A stretch of 64,000 nt of DNA, taken from the NCBI GenBank assembly GCA_963717525.1, contig OY970343.1, forward strand, positions 1,344,001 through 1,408,000. The letters run 5' to 3'. This stretch comes from an uncultured Methanoregulaceae archaeon. GTDB lineage: Archaea > Halobacteriota > Methanomicrobia > Methanomicrobiales > Methanospirillaceae. The notes beneath the pieces were generated by a model. It was not told the DNA's origin. It saw nothing but the letters and a program-made list of their open reading frames with translations, and made no database searches. Position numbers and translations under genes: made by a program. Numbering within the stretch: position 1 is the stretch's first letter; each line of letters opens with the position of its first letter. This document shows positions 29,271 through 39,029 of the stretch, piece after piece.

Positions 29271-30748
29271 GCTACCAGCCTCCGTGCATCGGAGATCAGG
29301 TCCTCTTTTGCCTTTGAGATCTTTGCGAGACGCTCATCGATGAACGCCGAGTCCGTGTCGAGAAGTTTCTTCCGGTCCGCTATTGCAATCTTTGTGGCAA
29401 ACGGTGCCGGCCCACCGGTCGCCCGCCGGAGACCGACCGAGTTTGTCACATCAAGAGCTTTATCGATCTGGTCCTGCGTGAGCCCCTTATTGGCAAGCGA
29501 GATCCCGAGATCGAGCTCTTTTGCCGCCGCTTCCAGGGTCTCAAGGGAGAGATTTCCCTTCTGGACTGCCCGGCCGACGATGTTGTGGGCCATGCGAAAG
29601 GGGAGACCGTAATCCCGTACGAGGGTATCGGCAAGCTCGGTTGCCGTGGAGAACCCCTTGCCGGCCTCCTCTTTCATGCGCTCAGTGTCAAATGTGGCGC
29701 TCGAAAGCATGTCGATGAGGAGGCGCAGGCTTTCTTTAGCATCCCGCATCCCGCGCCAGATGTTGGGGGTGAGCTCCTGGAGGTCGCGGTTGTAGCTCAT
29801 GGGGAGACCCTTAACCGTCATGAGCGCTCCCGTGAAGGTCCCGAAGACCGACCCGGTCTTTGCCCGCATGATCTCGGCGGTGTCCGGGTTCTTCTTCTGC
29901 GGCATGATCGACGAGGTCGAGCAGAACGCATCGTCGAGAGTGACGAACTTCACAAACGAGGTGCTCCAGATGACCAGCTCCTCGCAGAGCCGGCTCACGT
30001 TTGCCATCAGGATGGAGAGATCGGCAAGGGTTTCAAGGGCAAAGTCCCGGGTCGCCACGGCGTCCATGGTGTTGACGACCAGACCATCGAACACGAGCAG
30101 TTTTGCGATGTACTCGCGGTCGATGGGGTACCCGGTGGATGCAAATGCAGCCGCCCCGAGCGGGCAGAGGTTGACCCGGGCGTACGCGTCGCGTAGCCGG
30201 TCGAAGTCCCGGGTGAACTGCTGCTCATAGGCAAGGAGGTGATGGGCGAGGGTGGTAGGCTGGGCGTGCTGCATATGGGTGAAACCGGGCATGACCGACT
30301 CCCGGTGCTGCTCAGCAAGCGCGATGAGCACTTCGCGGACCTTGAGGAGTGCCGCCATCTGCTTGAGCATGTCTTCCCGGAGCTTGAGCCGGATACAGGT
30401 CGCCACCTCATCGTTGCGCGACCTCCCCATGTGCATGCGGCCGCCGACATCCGGGCCCACAGCCTCGATTAAGAGTGATTCAATCCCCGCGTGGACGTCC
30501 TCGAACCGGTCGTCAAAGACCTCCTCGGGGACCCCTTCGCTGTTGAGCTCGAGCAGCGCCGGCAGGAGCTGCTTTGCGATATCGGTGCTGATGATCTTCT
30601 GCCGTTCGAGCATCAGTACATGGGCGATATCCACGAGCACGTCGGCATCGGCAATACAGCGGTCGGATCGCATCGATGAGAGGAAGCGCATCATCTCTCC
30701 CGTCCTCTCCCCCGAAAGGCGTCCCAGTCTTACTACATCGGTCCGCAT
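29267..30748 (-). CDS. argH: Argininosuccinate lyase
   Basis: GRSRNDEVAT, MPGFTHMQHAQP, TSSIMPQKKNPD, YNRDLQE. Confidence 0.96.
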   Translation of the reverse strand: MRTDVVRLGRLSGERTGEMMRFLSSMRSDRCIADADVLVDIAHVLMLERQKIISTDIAKQLLPALLELNSEGVPEEVFDDRFEDVHAGIESLLIEAVGPDVGGRMHMGRSRNDEVATCIRLKLREDMLKQMAALLKVREVLIALAEQHRESVMPGFTHMQHAQPTTLAHHLLAYEQQFTRDFDRLRDAYARVNLCPLGAAAFASTGYPIDREYIAKLLVFDGLVVNTMDAVATRDFALETLADLSILMANVSRLCEELVIWSTSFVKFVTLDDAFCSTSSIMPQKKNPDTAEIMRAKTGSVFGTFTGALMTVKGLPMSYNRDLQELTPNIWRGMRDAKESLRLLIDMLSSATFDTERMKEEAGKGFSTATELADTLVRDYGLPFRMAHNIVGRAVQKGNLSLETLEAAAKELDLGISLANKGLTQDQIDKALDVTNSVGLRRATGGPAPFATKIAIADRKKLLDTDSAFIDERLAKISKAKEDLISDARRLVA

Positions 30749-30798
30749 CCGTTCTTCCTCACCATACTAATGTACACTCATGTGTGTGCGTGGATCGA

Positions 30799-31332
30799 TT
30801 AAATCCACGCCTTCCGGGCGGCAAGCTCGATCGCCCGCTGGACCGATTCCCTAGGGATGATGGTTGCCACCGGCACGTGGACCAGCTGCTCGATGATGCT
30901 TGACACGATAGGGGCGCAGACAATCGCAATCGCTCCTTCCCGTTCGGCCCGGACCGCAGCGACAATCGCATCCTCCATCGTATGGACCGGGTACTCCCGG
31001 ACCCGCATACGGTGACCGTCCACATCGGCAAACCGTTCTTCGATGCTCTCAAGGACCGGCCGTGCGGCAATGAGGCCGATGAAGTTCTCGTCGCCCACGT
31101 GGTAGAACTGTCGCAGTGCCCTGACGATCTCCCGCAGGGTCGAGAGATTGGGCGAGCGTTTCCCGTTCAGGATCTTATAGAGCGAGCTCTGGGCAATCCC
31201 GCAGTGCTCCGCGAGATCCCGAACGCTGATGCGCAGGTCGGTTTTCAGGATATCGTTTAATGTCGCTACGAATGCCTCATCTGAGGTGAGCGCAGCGCGC
31301 ATAAGCCGGTCGACCGGGTCCACATGTGCCAT
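30799..31332 (-). CDS. XRE-family HTH transcriptional regulator
   Basis: ISVRDLAEHCGIAQSSLYKILNGKRSPNLSTLREI plus a C-terminal domain (IVCAPIVS); divergent from the ABC operon. Confidence 0.88.
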   Translation of the reverse strand: MAHVDPVDRLMRAALTSDEAFVATLNDILKTDLRISVRDLAEHCGIAQSSLYKILNGKRSPNLSTLREIVRALRQFYHVGDENFIGLIAARPVLESIEERFADVDGHRMRVREYPVHTMEDAIVAAVRAEREGAIAIVCAPIVSSIIEQLVHVPVATIIPRESVQRAIELAARKAWI

Positions 31333-31437
31333 AGTAAAGATACAATGAGACCAATTATTACAAGAAAATTTCTTTTTGTCCAAAACCGGTGACCTGCCAA
31401 TAGAGAAAATTCAATGATTTGTGGACAATACATGCTC

Positions 31438-31481
31438 ATTTATTATCCAATTGTAATTTTTAATCCCTATTTATTATCCAA
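31438..31481. promoter_or_regulatory. 13-bp direct repeat, candidate operator
   Basis: ATTTATTATCCAA at 31438-31450 and 31469-31481 (31-bp period) in the divergent promoter region. Confidence 0.5.
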
Positions 31482-31536
31482 AAAGATAAAATTTGTGCCG
31501 GAATGACGCACTTTTTTATTATCGCCCGGATAAACC

Positions 31537-32778
31537 ATGCCTATGAAATCCATCAAGATTGCGGCAGCTGTGTTCATCGCACTTGCCCTTATCCTTGTAC
31601 TGCTCGCAGCCGGCTGCACCCAGCCTGCCAGTCCATCCGGGAGTGCTTCGTCGGCACCCAACGGAACCGTCGGCATCCTGGAAACGGCCGGTGTCGGCCC
31701 GATGCCGTCCCTGCTCGCCACTGGCCAGATTGACGGGTACATTGCCTGGCAGCCGGTTGTCGAAGCCGGCGTGGAAAGCAATATCGGCCAGGTCGCGGTC
31801 TATTCCAAGGACCTCCCGCCTGCCGGGGAATGGAGCGACCACCCGCAGAACGTCTTTGTCGTGCGAAAGGATTTCTACGCCCAGAACCCGGACTTTGTCA
31901 ATGACTTCTCCGCGCTTAACCTTGCAGCAACCCAGTACATCAACGACCACCCGCAGGAAACTGCCGCGATTGATGCGGACTGGCTGGCCGGCGGACAGAA
32001 CTTCACCTATGGAAACGTGAGTGTTTCATCGGTCACTGTGGTCAACAACTCCCTGCCGACCATCGAATTCTCGAACAATCCTTCGGACTCATGGAAGGCC
32101 AGCACGTCGGATTTCGTGCAGGCACTTATTAACCTGGGGACCGTCAAAGGCTATGTCGCGAACAGTTCCAACCAGGATGCCGTCCTCTACAACTTCCAGC
32201 CGTACACCAGTGCAACAGCCATCCTCGCTTCAAAGAACGTAACCAAACCTGCACCCGTGCAGAACACGGTTGGAGTCGGGTACCTCCTGGCAGTCGACCA
32301 CTCCGCACTCTTTGTCGCGGTCAAGGACTGGCAGTACTTCAATGATACTTATGGTATCGCCCTCAAGCCCGAAGACCTGACAGCAGCAAAACCGGCTGTC
32401 GCGGACTTCCTTGTGAACGGCCAGAAAATCGCCACGGTCAACCTTGTGCCGGCAAACGCCGGGCCCAACCTGATGCAGCTTGCAGCCACCAACTCGATCC
32501 AGATGTCCTATGTCGGTGTCCCGCCGGCGATCAGCGCTATTGACATAGGCACCCCGATCACGATTGCGTACCCGATCGACAACCTGGGAAGCGGGCTTGT
32601 CGTCGCAAACGGCGCACCTGCACAGGACTGGCAGAGTTTCGCCGCATGGGCAAAGGAGCGCTCGGATGCAGGAAAACCGCTGGTGATTGCAGCGCCCGGC
32701 AAGGGATCCATTCAGGATGTCATGATCCGCAGCGCCCTGCAGAGCAGCGGAATTGCCGTCACCGAAGTGAAAGTTTGA
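31537..32778 (+). CDS. NitT/TauT-family ABC substrate-binding lipoprotein (circularly permuted)
   Basis: LLAAGC lipobox; GQIDGYIAWQP half precedes the GYLLAVDHSALFVA...GSIQDVMIR half. Confidence 0.85.
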   Translation: MPMKSIKIAAAVFIALALILVLLAAGCTQPASPSGSASSAPNGTVGILETAGVGPMPSLLATGQIDGYIAWQPVVEAGVESNIGQVAVYSKDLPPAGEWSDHPQNVFVVRKDFYAQNPDFVNDFSALNLAATQYINDHPQETAAIDADWLAGGQNFTYGNVSVSSVTVVNNSLPTIEFSNNPSDSWKASTSDFVQALINLGTVKGYVANSSNQDAVLYNFQPYTSATAILASKNVTKPAPVQNTVGVGYLLAVDHSALFVAVKDWQYFNDTYGIALKPEDLTAAKPAVADFLVNGQKIATVNLVPANAGPNLMQLAATNSIQMSYVGVPPAISAIDIGTPITIAYPIDNLGSGLVVANGAPAQDWQSFAAWAKERSDAGKPLVIAAPGKGSIQDVMIRSALQSSGIAVTEVKV

Positions 32779-32809
32779 TGAGGATAGCGTGTCATTATAA
32801 TCAGGAACA

Positions 32810-33571
32810 ATGACACGGCGTCTCGGATTGGTATTGCCCGTACTTCTCATCATCGGGTGGGAGGTCGCGGCAATTATCGTCAACAACCCTTTTTTCCTGC
32901 CGAAACTTGAGACGGTAATCCCGGTGCTGCTTTCCCCGTTTTCAGATATCCTCGGCACCGGCAGTCTTGTCGAAAACGCCCTGGTGAGTATCGAACGTGT
33001 GGTCTTAGGGTTCGCTCTTGCCGCAGCCGTGGCCATCCCCCTTGGGATAGGCATGGGCAGGTTTGCCGTGCTCAATGATTTTTTTGATGTCACGCTGGAG
33101 CTCCTCCGCCCGGTTCCTCCTCTTGCGTGGGTGCCTCTTGCACTGGCTTGGTTCAAGATCGGGATTGTCTCTATCGTATTCATCATCTTTATCGGGGCAA
33201 TATTCCCTATTCTGCTCAATACGGTAGACGGGGTACGGGGAATCAAGAATACCTGGGTCGAAGTGAGCACGACTCTTGGGGCGAGCGAACGCCAGATCCT
33301 CACGAAGGTTGTTCTGCCGGGCGCCGCCCCGACCATCTGGACCGGCCTCCGGGTTGGCTTTGGGATCTCGTGGATGTGCGTGGTGGCCGCAGAGATCCTG
33401 CCGGGTCCGACATCAGGTCTCGGTTACCTGATCATGTACGCCTACAATCTGGGGCAGATCAACGTGATCATTGCCGGCATCATCGTGATCGGCCTGATCG
33501 GCCTCGCGGTTGACCAGGGCTTCAAAGCAGTGGAGAAACGCTGGTTCGGGTGGAGGGGGCTGGAACGATGA
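32810..33571 (+). CDS. NitT/TauT ABC permease
   Basis: LRPVPPLAWVPL, EAA-like loop (TLGASERQ), VVAAEI. Confidence 0.93.
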   Translation: MTRRLGLVLPVLLIIGWEVAAIIVNNPFFLPKLETVIPVLLSPFSDILGTGSLVENALVSIERVVLGFALAAAVAIPLGIGMGRFAVLNDFFDVTLELLRPVPPLAWVPLALAWFKIGIVSIVFIIFIGAIFPILLNTVDGVRGIKNTWVEVSTTLGASERQILTKVVLPGAAPTIWTGLRVGFGISWMCVVAAEILPGPTSGLGYLIMYAYNLGQINVIIAGIIVIGLIGLAVDQGFKAVEKRWFGWRGLER

Positions 33572-34329
33572 CGCTGGTCATCAGTGATCTATCAAGGACA
33601 TTTTCTTCAGAGAATGCAGAGACGATCGAAGCACTCTCCCATATCTCGCTTTCCGTCAATAACGAGGAGTTCATCTGCATTCTCGGGCCGTCGGGATGTG
33701 GCAAGACCACCTTACTCCGCATCGTTGCCGGGCTTGAATCCGCGTCATCCGGGTCGGTATCTGTTGACGGGATGCCGGTGACCCGCCCGAGCCCGAAAAT
33801 GGCAATGATCTTCCAGGAGTATTCCCTCTACCCGTGGCGGACGGTAGAGGAGAACGTGATGCTCGGCCTTGAACTACGGGGGATGAATAAACCGGACCGC
33901 ATGACAGCTGCGGAGAAGTACCTCGATCTCGTGGGCCTCAAAGGGTTCGAAAAGAGGTACCCCCACGAGCTCTCCGGGGGGATGAGGCAGAGGGTGGCCG
34001 TGGCACGGGCACTTGCCATCGAGCCATCCATCCTACTCATGGATGAGCCATTCGGGGCGCTCGATGCCCAGACCCGTAACCGGATGCAACATGAACTGCT
34101 CCGGATCTGGGAGAAGACAAAAAAGACGATCCTCTTTGTGACCCACAGCGTTGACGAAGCCGTGTTCCTTGCTGACCGCATCGTCGTTCTTACGCAGCGC
34201 CCGGGCAGGATCAAGGAAACTGTCACCATCCCGGGCGCCCGTCCCCGCGAGCGTACAAGTGAAGAATTCGGCCAGGTCCGGCGTCACCTGCTCGATATGA
34301 TCCGGGAAGAGTCGGATCTCATCCAGTAA
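33568..34329 (+). CDS. NitT/TauT ABC ATP-binding protein
   Basis: GPSGCGKT, LSGGMRQR, LLMDEPFGALD, VTHSVDEA. Confidence 0.95.
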   Translation: MTLVISDLSRTFSSENAETIEALSHISLSVNNEEFICILGPSGCGKTTLLRIVAGLESASSGSVSVDGMPVTRPSPKMAMIFQEYSLYPWRTVEENVMLGLELRGMNKPDRMTAAEKYLDLVGLKGFEKRYPHELSGGMRQRVAVARALAIEPSILLMDEPFGALDAQTRNRMQHELLRIWEKTKKTILFVTHSVDEAVFLADRIVVLTQRPGRIKETVTIPGARPRERTSEEFGQVRRHLLDMIREESDLIQ

Positions 34330-34451
34330 GGTTTAATACGCTCAATCTCTATTTTATAAAAGCAGTTTGTGAAGTGTGCCGGCACGACAGCCTTGTATTA
34401 TCTGTGTTTTCGTGCCTGCTTTTACGATTCATACACTAGGAGTAGGACGCA

Positions 34452-35226
34452 ATGGTAAGAAAACCGGGGAAGATGTACAGGAACCTTGCAAAGAAGGCCT
34501 ATACACGGCGTGAGTACATGGGCGGGGTTCCCGGCAACAAGATTGTACAGTTTGAGATGGGAAACCTCTCCCAGGAATTCCCGACAGAGATTGACCTGAT
34601 TGTCGAGGAGACCTGCCAGATCCGGCATAGCGCCCTTGAGGCATCCCGTATCTCGATCAACAGGAAGCTCTTGAAGGATGTCGGAAGGACAAACTTTCAC
34701 TTCAAGGTCCGTGTCTTCCCGCACCACGTGCTCCGCGAGAACAAGCAGGCAACCGGTGCAGGGGCAGACCGTGTCTCGGAAGGTATGCGCCTTGCATTCG
34801 GCAAGGCGGTAGGGACGGCAGCACGGGTCGAGGCCGGGCAGATCATATTCACGGTTTATTCAAATGCCCAGTACCCTGGACAAGATCAAGGCCGCAATGA
34901 GAAACGGGGCCCACAAGCTCCCGACCCCATCCCATCTCAAGGTCCACACCATCAAGGTGAGCGGCAGGATCGTCGCAGCTCCGAAGATCGCCGGTGATAA
35001 GATCGCAGCACCGGTCAAGGTCGAGGCTGAAACCGAAGCAGTGGCAGCAGAACCGGCAGCGAAGGGTGCAGAGGCTGCAAAGGGCGCAGACCACAAGGGT
35101 GGTGCGCACAAGGGTGCTGAACCCGCCAAGGCAGAACCGGCAGCGAAGGGTGCAGAGGCTGCAAAGGGCGCAGACCACAAGGGTGGAAAGGCTGCCCCGG
35201 CCAAGGGTGGCAAGGACAAGAAATAA
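34452..35226 (+). CDS. rpl10e: 50S ribosomal protein L10e (uL16) with Ala/Lys-rich repeat tail (frameshift ~34875)
   Basis: [47 protein letters not shown]; continues as [15 protein letters not shown] in the +1 frame. Confidence 0.93.
35047..35186 (+). repeat. 56-bp exact direct repeat within the L10e tail
   Basis: 35047-35102 is identical to 35131-35186 and encodes [18 protein letters not shown](G). Confidence 0.9.
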
Positions 35227-35411
35227 CCGGATCCCCCGGTCTTTTCTTTCCTTTTTGAGACTCTGGAAAGCGGGATCGTCCGGCAGCACGCTTCTTTTTT
35301 TAGACTTTTTTTATCTTCTCAAAAGACCGTCTGATAACCCGGCCCCGGCATACTGCATCCCTGCCGCCAGTCGCACAGTATATAACCTCCCTGCCGCCTA
35401 ACTATGGATAA

Positions 35412-36248
35412 ATGCAGCGAGGGGAGACAGCGGGTCTGCGGGAGGCACTGGCAACCGCAACGTGCAGGGCCATGAGGGATGCGGTCATATACCTGCCCGC
35501 TGATGTAAAACAGGCGATTGAACGAGCTGCCGCCTCCGAGACAAATGCAGTGGCTGTAGGGGAATATGAAAATATAACAAAGAATATTGTTGCAGCCGAG
35601 CACCTGGGCGTACCACTCTGCCAAGACACCGGTGTGCCGGTTGTCTACCTCACCATGCCCCCAGGTGTGCCGTTCTCCCGGGTTCTTTTTGATGCTATCG
35701 CAGATGGCATCCGCCGGGCAACAAACGAGGTTCCGTTGCGCCCCAACGTTGTCAATCCCCTCACCCGTCACAATTCAGGGGATAATACCGGGGTTGGGAT
35801 GCCTGCAATCCATGTACGGCCCGGTGAGCGGTTTGCAGTGACCGTGATGCCCAAGGGCGCCGGGGCAGAGAATGTGTCCCGGGTGGTGATGCTCCTGCCA
35901 TCACAGGTTGGGAAGATCGAAGAGGTCGTGGTCGGGACGATGCTGATTGCCGAAGGACGGCCCTGCCCGCCGGTTGTGCTGGGGGTGGGGATCGGGGGCA
36001 CGTTCGATTCCGCCCCGGCACTTGCCAAGGAGGCTCTGCTCCAGCCGATCGACCGGATGGACGCATTCGAACAGAAACTCTGCGACGCAGTGAACCGTCT
36101 TGGGATCGGCCCGATGGGGCTTGGCGGAAATACCACGGCGCTTGCCGTCAAGATAAAGACCGCGGCATGCCATACCGCCTCACTCCCTGTCGCCGTGAAC
36201 GTGCAGTGCTGGGCAAACCGGCATGCAACCGTGGAGGTGGACTGGTGA
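35412..36248 (+). CDS. fumA: Fe-S fumarate hydratase alpha subunit
   Basis: PLCQDTG, PKGAGAEN, CPPVVLGVGIGG, CHTASLPVAVNVQCWANR. Confidence 0.92.
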   Translation: MQRGETAGLREALATATCRAMRDAVIYLPADVKQAIERAAASETNAVAVGEYENITKNIVAAEHLGVPLCQDTGVPVVYLTMPPGVPFSRVLFDAIADGIRRATNEVPLRPNVVNPLTRHNSGDNTGVGMPAIHVRPGERFAVTVMPKGAGAENVSRVVMLLPSQVGKIEEVVVGTMLIAEGRPCPPVVLGVGIGGTFDSAPALAKEALLQPIDRMDAFEQKLCDAVNRLGIGPMGLGGNTTALAVKIKTAACHTASLPVAVNVQCWANRHATVEVDW

Positions 36249-36807
36249 GCAAAAAGCTGTCAGGCTGACGACGCCCCTTGGGGATGAGATCCTCGCCCTC
36301 CACGCGGGGGACAGGGTCGAGCTTTCAGGCCTCGTCTACACTGCACGCGACGAGGCACATCTCCGTATGGAAAAAGAGGGGATCCCGTTTGACCCGAAGG
36401 GGGCCGTGATCTACCATTGCGGCCCGGTAATAAAAGACGACAGGATCGTGGCCGCAGGGCCGACCACCTCGGCCCGGATGAACACCCTCTCCGGCTTCCT
36501 GCTCGACCGGGGGGTCAGGGGACTCATCGGGAAAGGCGGAATGAATGCCACCGTGCGTGAGCAGCTCCGGGGACGAGGCGTCTATTTTGCCTTTACCGGG
36601 GGCTGTGCGGCGCTTGCTGCATCGCACATGACGCTGAAAGGCGTCCACTTCCCGGATCTTGGCATGGCAGAAGCGGTCTGGGTAATCGAGCTTGACCGGC
36701 TGCCCCTCGTGGTTGGGATCGATACACACGGCAACGATCTCTTCGAGGCCGTGCGGGAACATGCACAACATGCATCAGGGCCGGGACAGAGACGGGAATG
36801 CACGTAA
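36223..36807 (+). CDS. fumB: Fe-S fumarate hydratase beta subunit (start uncertain)
   Basis: YTARDEAH, YHCGP, AGPTTSARM, IGKGG, LGMAEAVW. Confidence 0.92.
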   Translation: MQPWRWTGEQKAVRLTTPLGDEILALHAGDRVELSGLVYTARDEAHLRMEKEGIPFDPKGAVIYHCGPVIKDDRIVAAGPTTSARMNTLSGFLLDRGVRGLIGKGGMNATVREQLRGRGVYFAFTGGCAALAASHMTLKGVHFPDLGMAEAVWVIELDRLPLVVGIDTHGNDLFEAVREHAQHASGPGQRRECT

Positions 36808-36856
36808 CACATAGATTTTTTTCACCTCACTGGCTACATAGATAGGACAGATCCAG

Positions 36857-37129
36857 ATGAAACTCGCCATTGACGAGACCCGGTGCAAGGGCTGCAATCT
36901 CTGTACAAAGGTCTGCCCGTACCGGATTTTCAAAGAGGGGAAAAACCCTAACCGGCGGGGGATCATCGTGCCGGAACTTGACCGGCCGGAGCGCTGCACC
37001 AACTGCAGGCTCCGCCATCTCTACGGACGGCAGCTCTGCGGCGTCTGCCAGCTCACTTGTCCCGACCAGGCTATTCACTGGGTAGAGGAAGAACCGTACG
37101 AACCCCATAAGGTGGCGATTGAATATTGA
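36857..37129 (+). CDS. korD: 2-oxoglutarate:ferredoxin oxidoreductase delta subunit (2x4Fe-4S)
   Basis: CKGCNLCTKVCP and CTNC...CQLTCPD; first gene of the kor cluster. Confidence 0.85.
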   Translation: MKLAIDETRCKGCNLCTKVCPYRIFKEGKNPNRRGIIVPELDRPERCTNCRLRHLYGRQLCGVCQLTCPDQAIHWVEEEPYEPHKVAIEY

Positions 37130-38229
37130 CGTCGAGACTTGAATTCTGGCAGGGAAACATTGCGTCCGCAGAAGGTGCCCTTGCGGCAGGATGCCGGTTC
37201 TTCGGGGGATACCCGATAACCCCCTCGACGGAGGTGGCTGAGCATATGGCCGTGAAGCTGCCGAAAAAGGGCGGGGTCTTTATCCAGATGGAGGACGAAC
37301 TGGCGAGTATCGCCTCCGTCATCGGTGCTGCATGGACCGGCGCCCGGGCGATGACGGCGACGAGCGGCCCGGGATTTTCCCTGATGATGGAAAATATCGG
37401 GTACGCGGCGATGACCGAGACTCCCTGCGTGATCGTGAACGTGCAGCGGGGCGGCCCCTCCACCGGCCAGCCCACGATGGCTGCACAGGGGGATATGATG
37501 CAGTGCCGGTTCGGGTCACATGGCGATTATGCAATTATTGCGCTTTGTCCCGCAAGCGTACAGGAAATGTACGATCTCACGGTAAAGGCGTTCAACCTTG
37601 CAGACCGGTTCCGGGTGCCGGTTTTTCTGATGGCTGACGAGGTGATCGGGCACATGCGGGAACGCATAATCGTACCAGAAACTGTAGAGAATACCGGCCG
37701 GCGTTTGTCCCCGGCACCCCGCCGTTTAAACCGGGCAGCGGGGAGCCTCATTCCCGGGTTCCCCGAATTCGGGAAAGGCTACGAGACACATGTGACCGGG
37801 CTCACTCATGATGAGCGGGGATACCCGTGCGCAACAAACCCCGGCCTGCACGCAACACTCGTAAAAAGACTCGTGGACAAGATCGAATCGGCAACAGAGG
37901 AACTCGCGGATTTCGATGTGATCAATCCCGATGCAGAGCAGGTGTTTATCGCATACGGCGCACCCGTCCGCACCGTCCAGCAGGTGATCGCCGATCACAC
38001 GGGGAAGAATATCGGCTTTTTGCGGATCCGTACGGTCTGGCCGTTCCCCTCCCACGCACTGGCACTCTTTCGGCACGCCCGGCGGTTTATCGTCCCTGAA
38101 CTTAATCTCGGCCAGATCGCCCGGGAGATCGAGCGGCACACGGAGGTGCCGGTCATATCCGTTCCGAAGCTTGGCGGGGACCTGCATACACCGGCAGAAC
38201 TCTCTGGTATCTGGGAGGCAAAGGCATGA
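37126..38229 (+). CDS. korA: 2-oxoglutarate:ferredoxin oxidoreductase alpha subunit
   Basis: GYPITPSTE, QMEDE, TATSGPGFSLM, QRGGPSTG. Confidence 0.9.
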   Translation: MTSRLEFWQGNIASAEGALAAGCRFFGGYPITPSTEVAEHMAVKLPKKGGVFIQMEDELASIASVIGAAWTGARAMTATSGPGFSLMMENIGYAAMTETPCVIVNVQRGGPSTGQPTMAAQGDMMQCRFGSHGDYAIIALCPASVQEMYDLTVKAFNLADRFRVPVFLMADEVIGHMRERIIVPETVENTGRRLSPAPRRLNRAAGSLIPGFPEFGKGYETHVTGLTHDERGYPCATNPGLHATLVKRLVDKIESATEELADFDVINPDAEQVFIAYGAPVRTVQQVIADHTGKNIGFLRIRTVWPFPSHALALFRHARRFIVPELNLGQIAREIERHTEVPVISVPKLGGDLHTPAELSGIWEAKA

Positions 38230-39029
38230 GTTTTGAGGACTGGTTCCGGCAGGACCGGCTGCCCCATATCTATTGCGCCGGCTGCGGGAACGGCACGATC
38301 ATCAACTGCACGCTTGCAGCCGTAGATTCCATGGGCTGGAGGAAAGAGGATACGGTCTTTGTGTCCGGCATCGGTTGCTCATCACGGGCACCGGGCTATA
38401 TCGTCACCGATTCGCTCCACACGACCCACGGGCGGGCGCTTGCCTTTGCCACCGGCGTCAAGATGGCAAACCCGAAACTCCATGTTGTTGTCTTTACCGG
38501 GGACGGGGATCTTGCGGCCATTGGCGGTAACCATTTTATCCACGCCTGCCGCCGGAACATCGATCTCACCGTAGTCTGTATGAACAACCAGATCTATGGC
38601 ATGACCGGCGGCCAGGGCAGCCCAACCACCCCCCGGGGATGCCTCTCGACCACCACACCGTACGGGTGCGCCGAGCCGGCCTTCGATCTCTCGGAGCTCG
38701 CAATTGCCGCGGGTGCAAACTATGTCTCCCGATGGACCTCCTATCACGTTAAGGAACTCGAGCGGGCGGTGAAAGCGGGTCTTGAGACACCCGGGTTCTC
38801 GTTTATCGAGGCGCTGGTCCAGTGCCCGACAAATTTCGGGCGCCGGAACAAGTTCCGTCAGGTGGCTGACCAGATCGAGTATCTTAAGGCGCACTCACTT
38901 TTAAAGGCAAAACGGGACCGGATGCTTGAACAGGGCGAGGCGATCCCGGAGGATATGTATATTGTCGGGGAACTGATGCGGCGCAATAGGCCCGCAATGG
39001 GGCTGCCACCCCCGGAGGCAAAGCCATGA
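38226..39029 (+). CDS. korB: 2-oxoglutarate:ferredoxin oxidoreductase beta subunit
   Basis: CAGCG, SGIGCS, HTTHGRA, GDGD, NNQIYGMTGGQ. Confidence 0.92.
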   Translation: MSFEDWFRQDRLPHIYCAGCGNGTIINCTLAAVDSMGWRKEDTVFVSGIGCSSRAPGYIVTDSLHTTHGRALAFATGVKMANPKLHVVVFTGDGDLAAIGGNHFIHACRRNIDLTVVCMNNQIYGMTGGQGSPTTPRGCLSTTTPYGCAEPAFDLSELAIAAGANYVSRWTSYHVKELERAVKAGLETPGFSFIEALVQCPTNFGRRNKFRQVADQIEYLKAHSLLKAKRDRMLEQGEAIPEDMYIVGELMRRNRPAMGLPPPEAKP

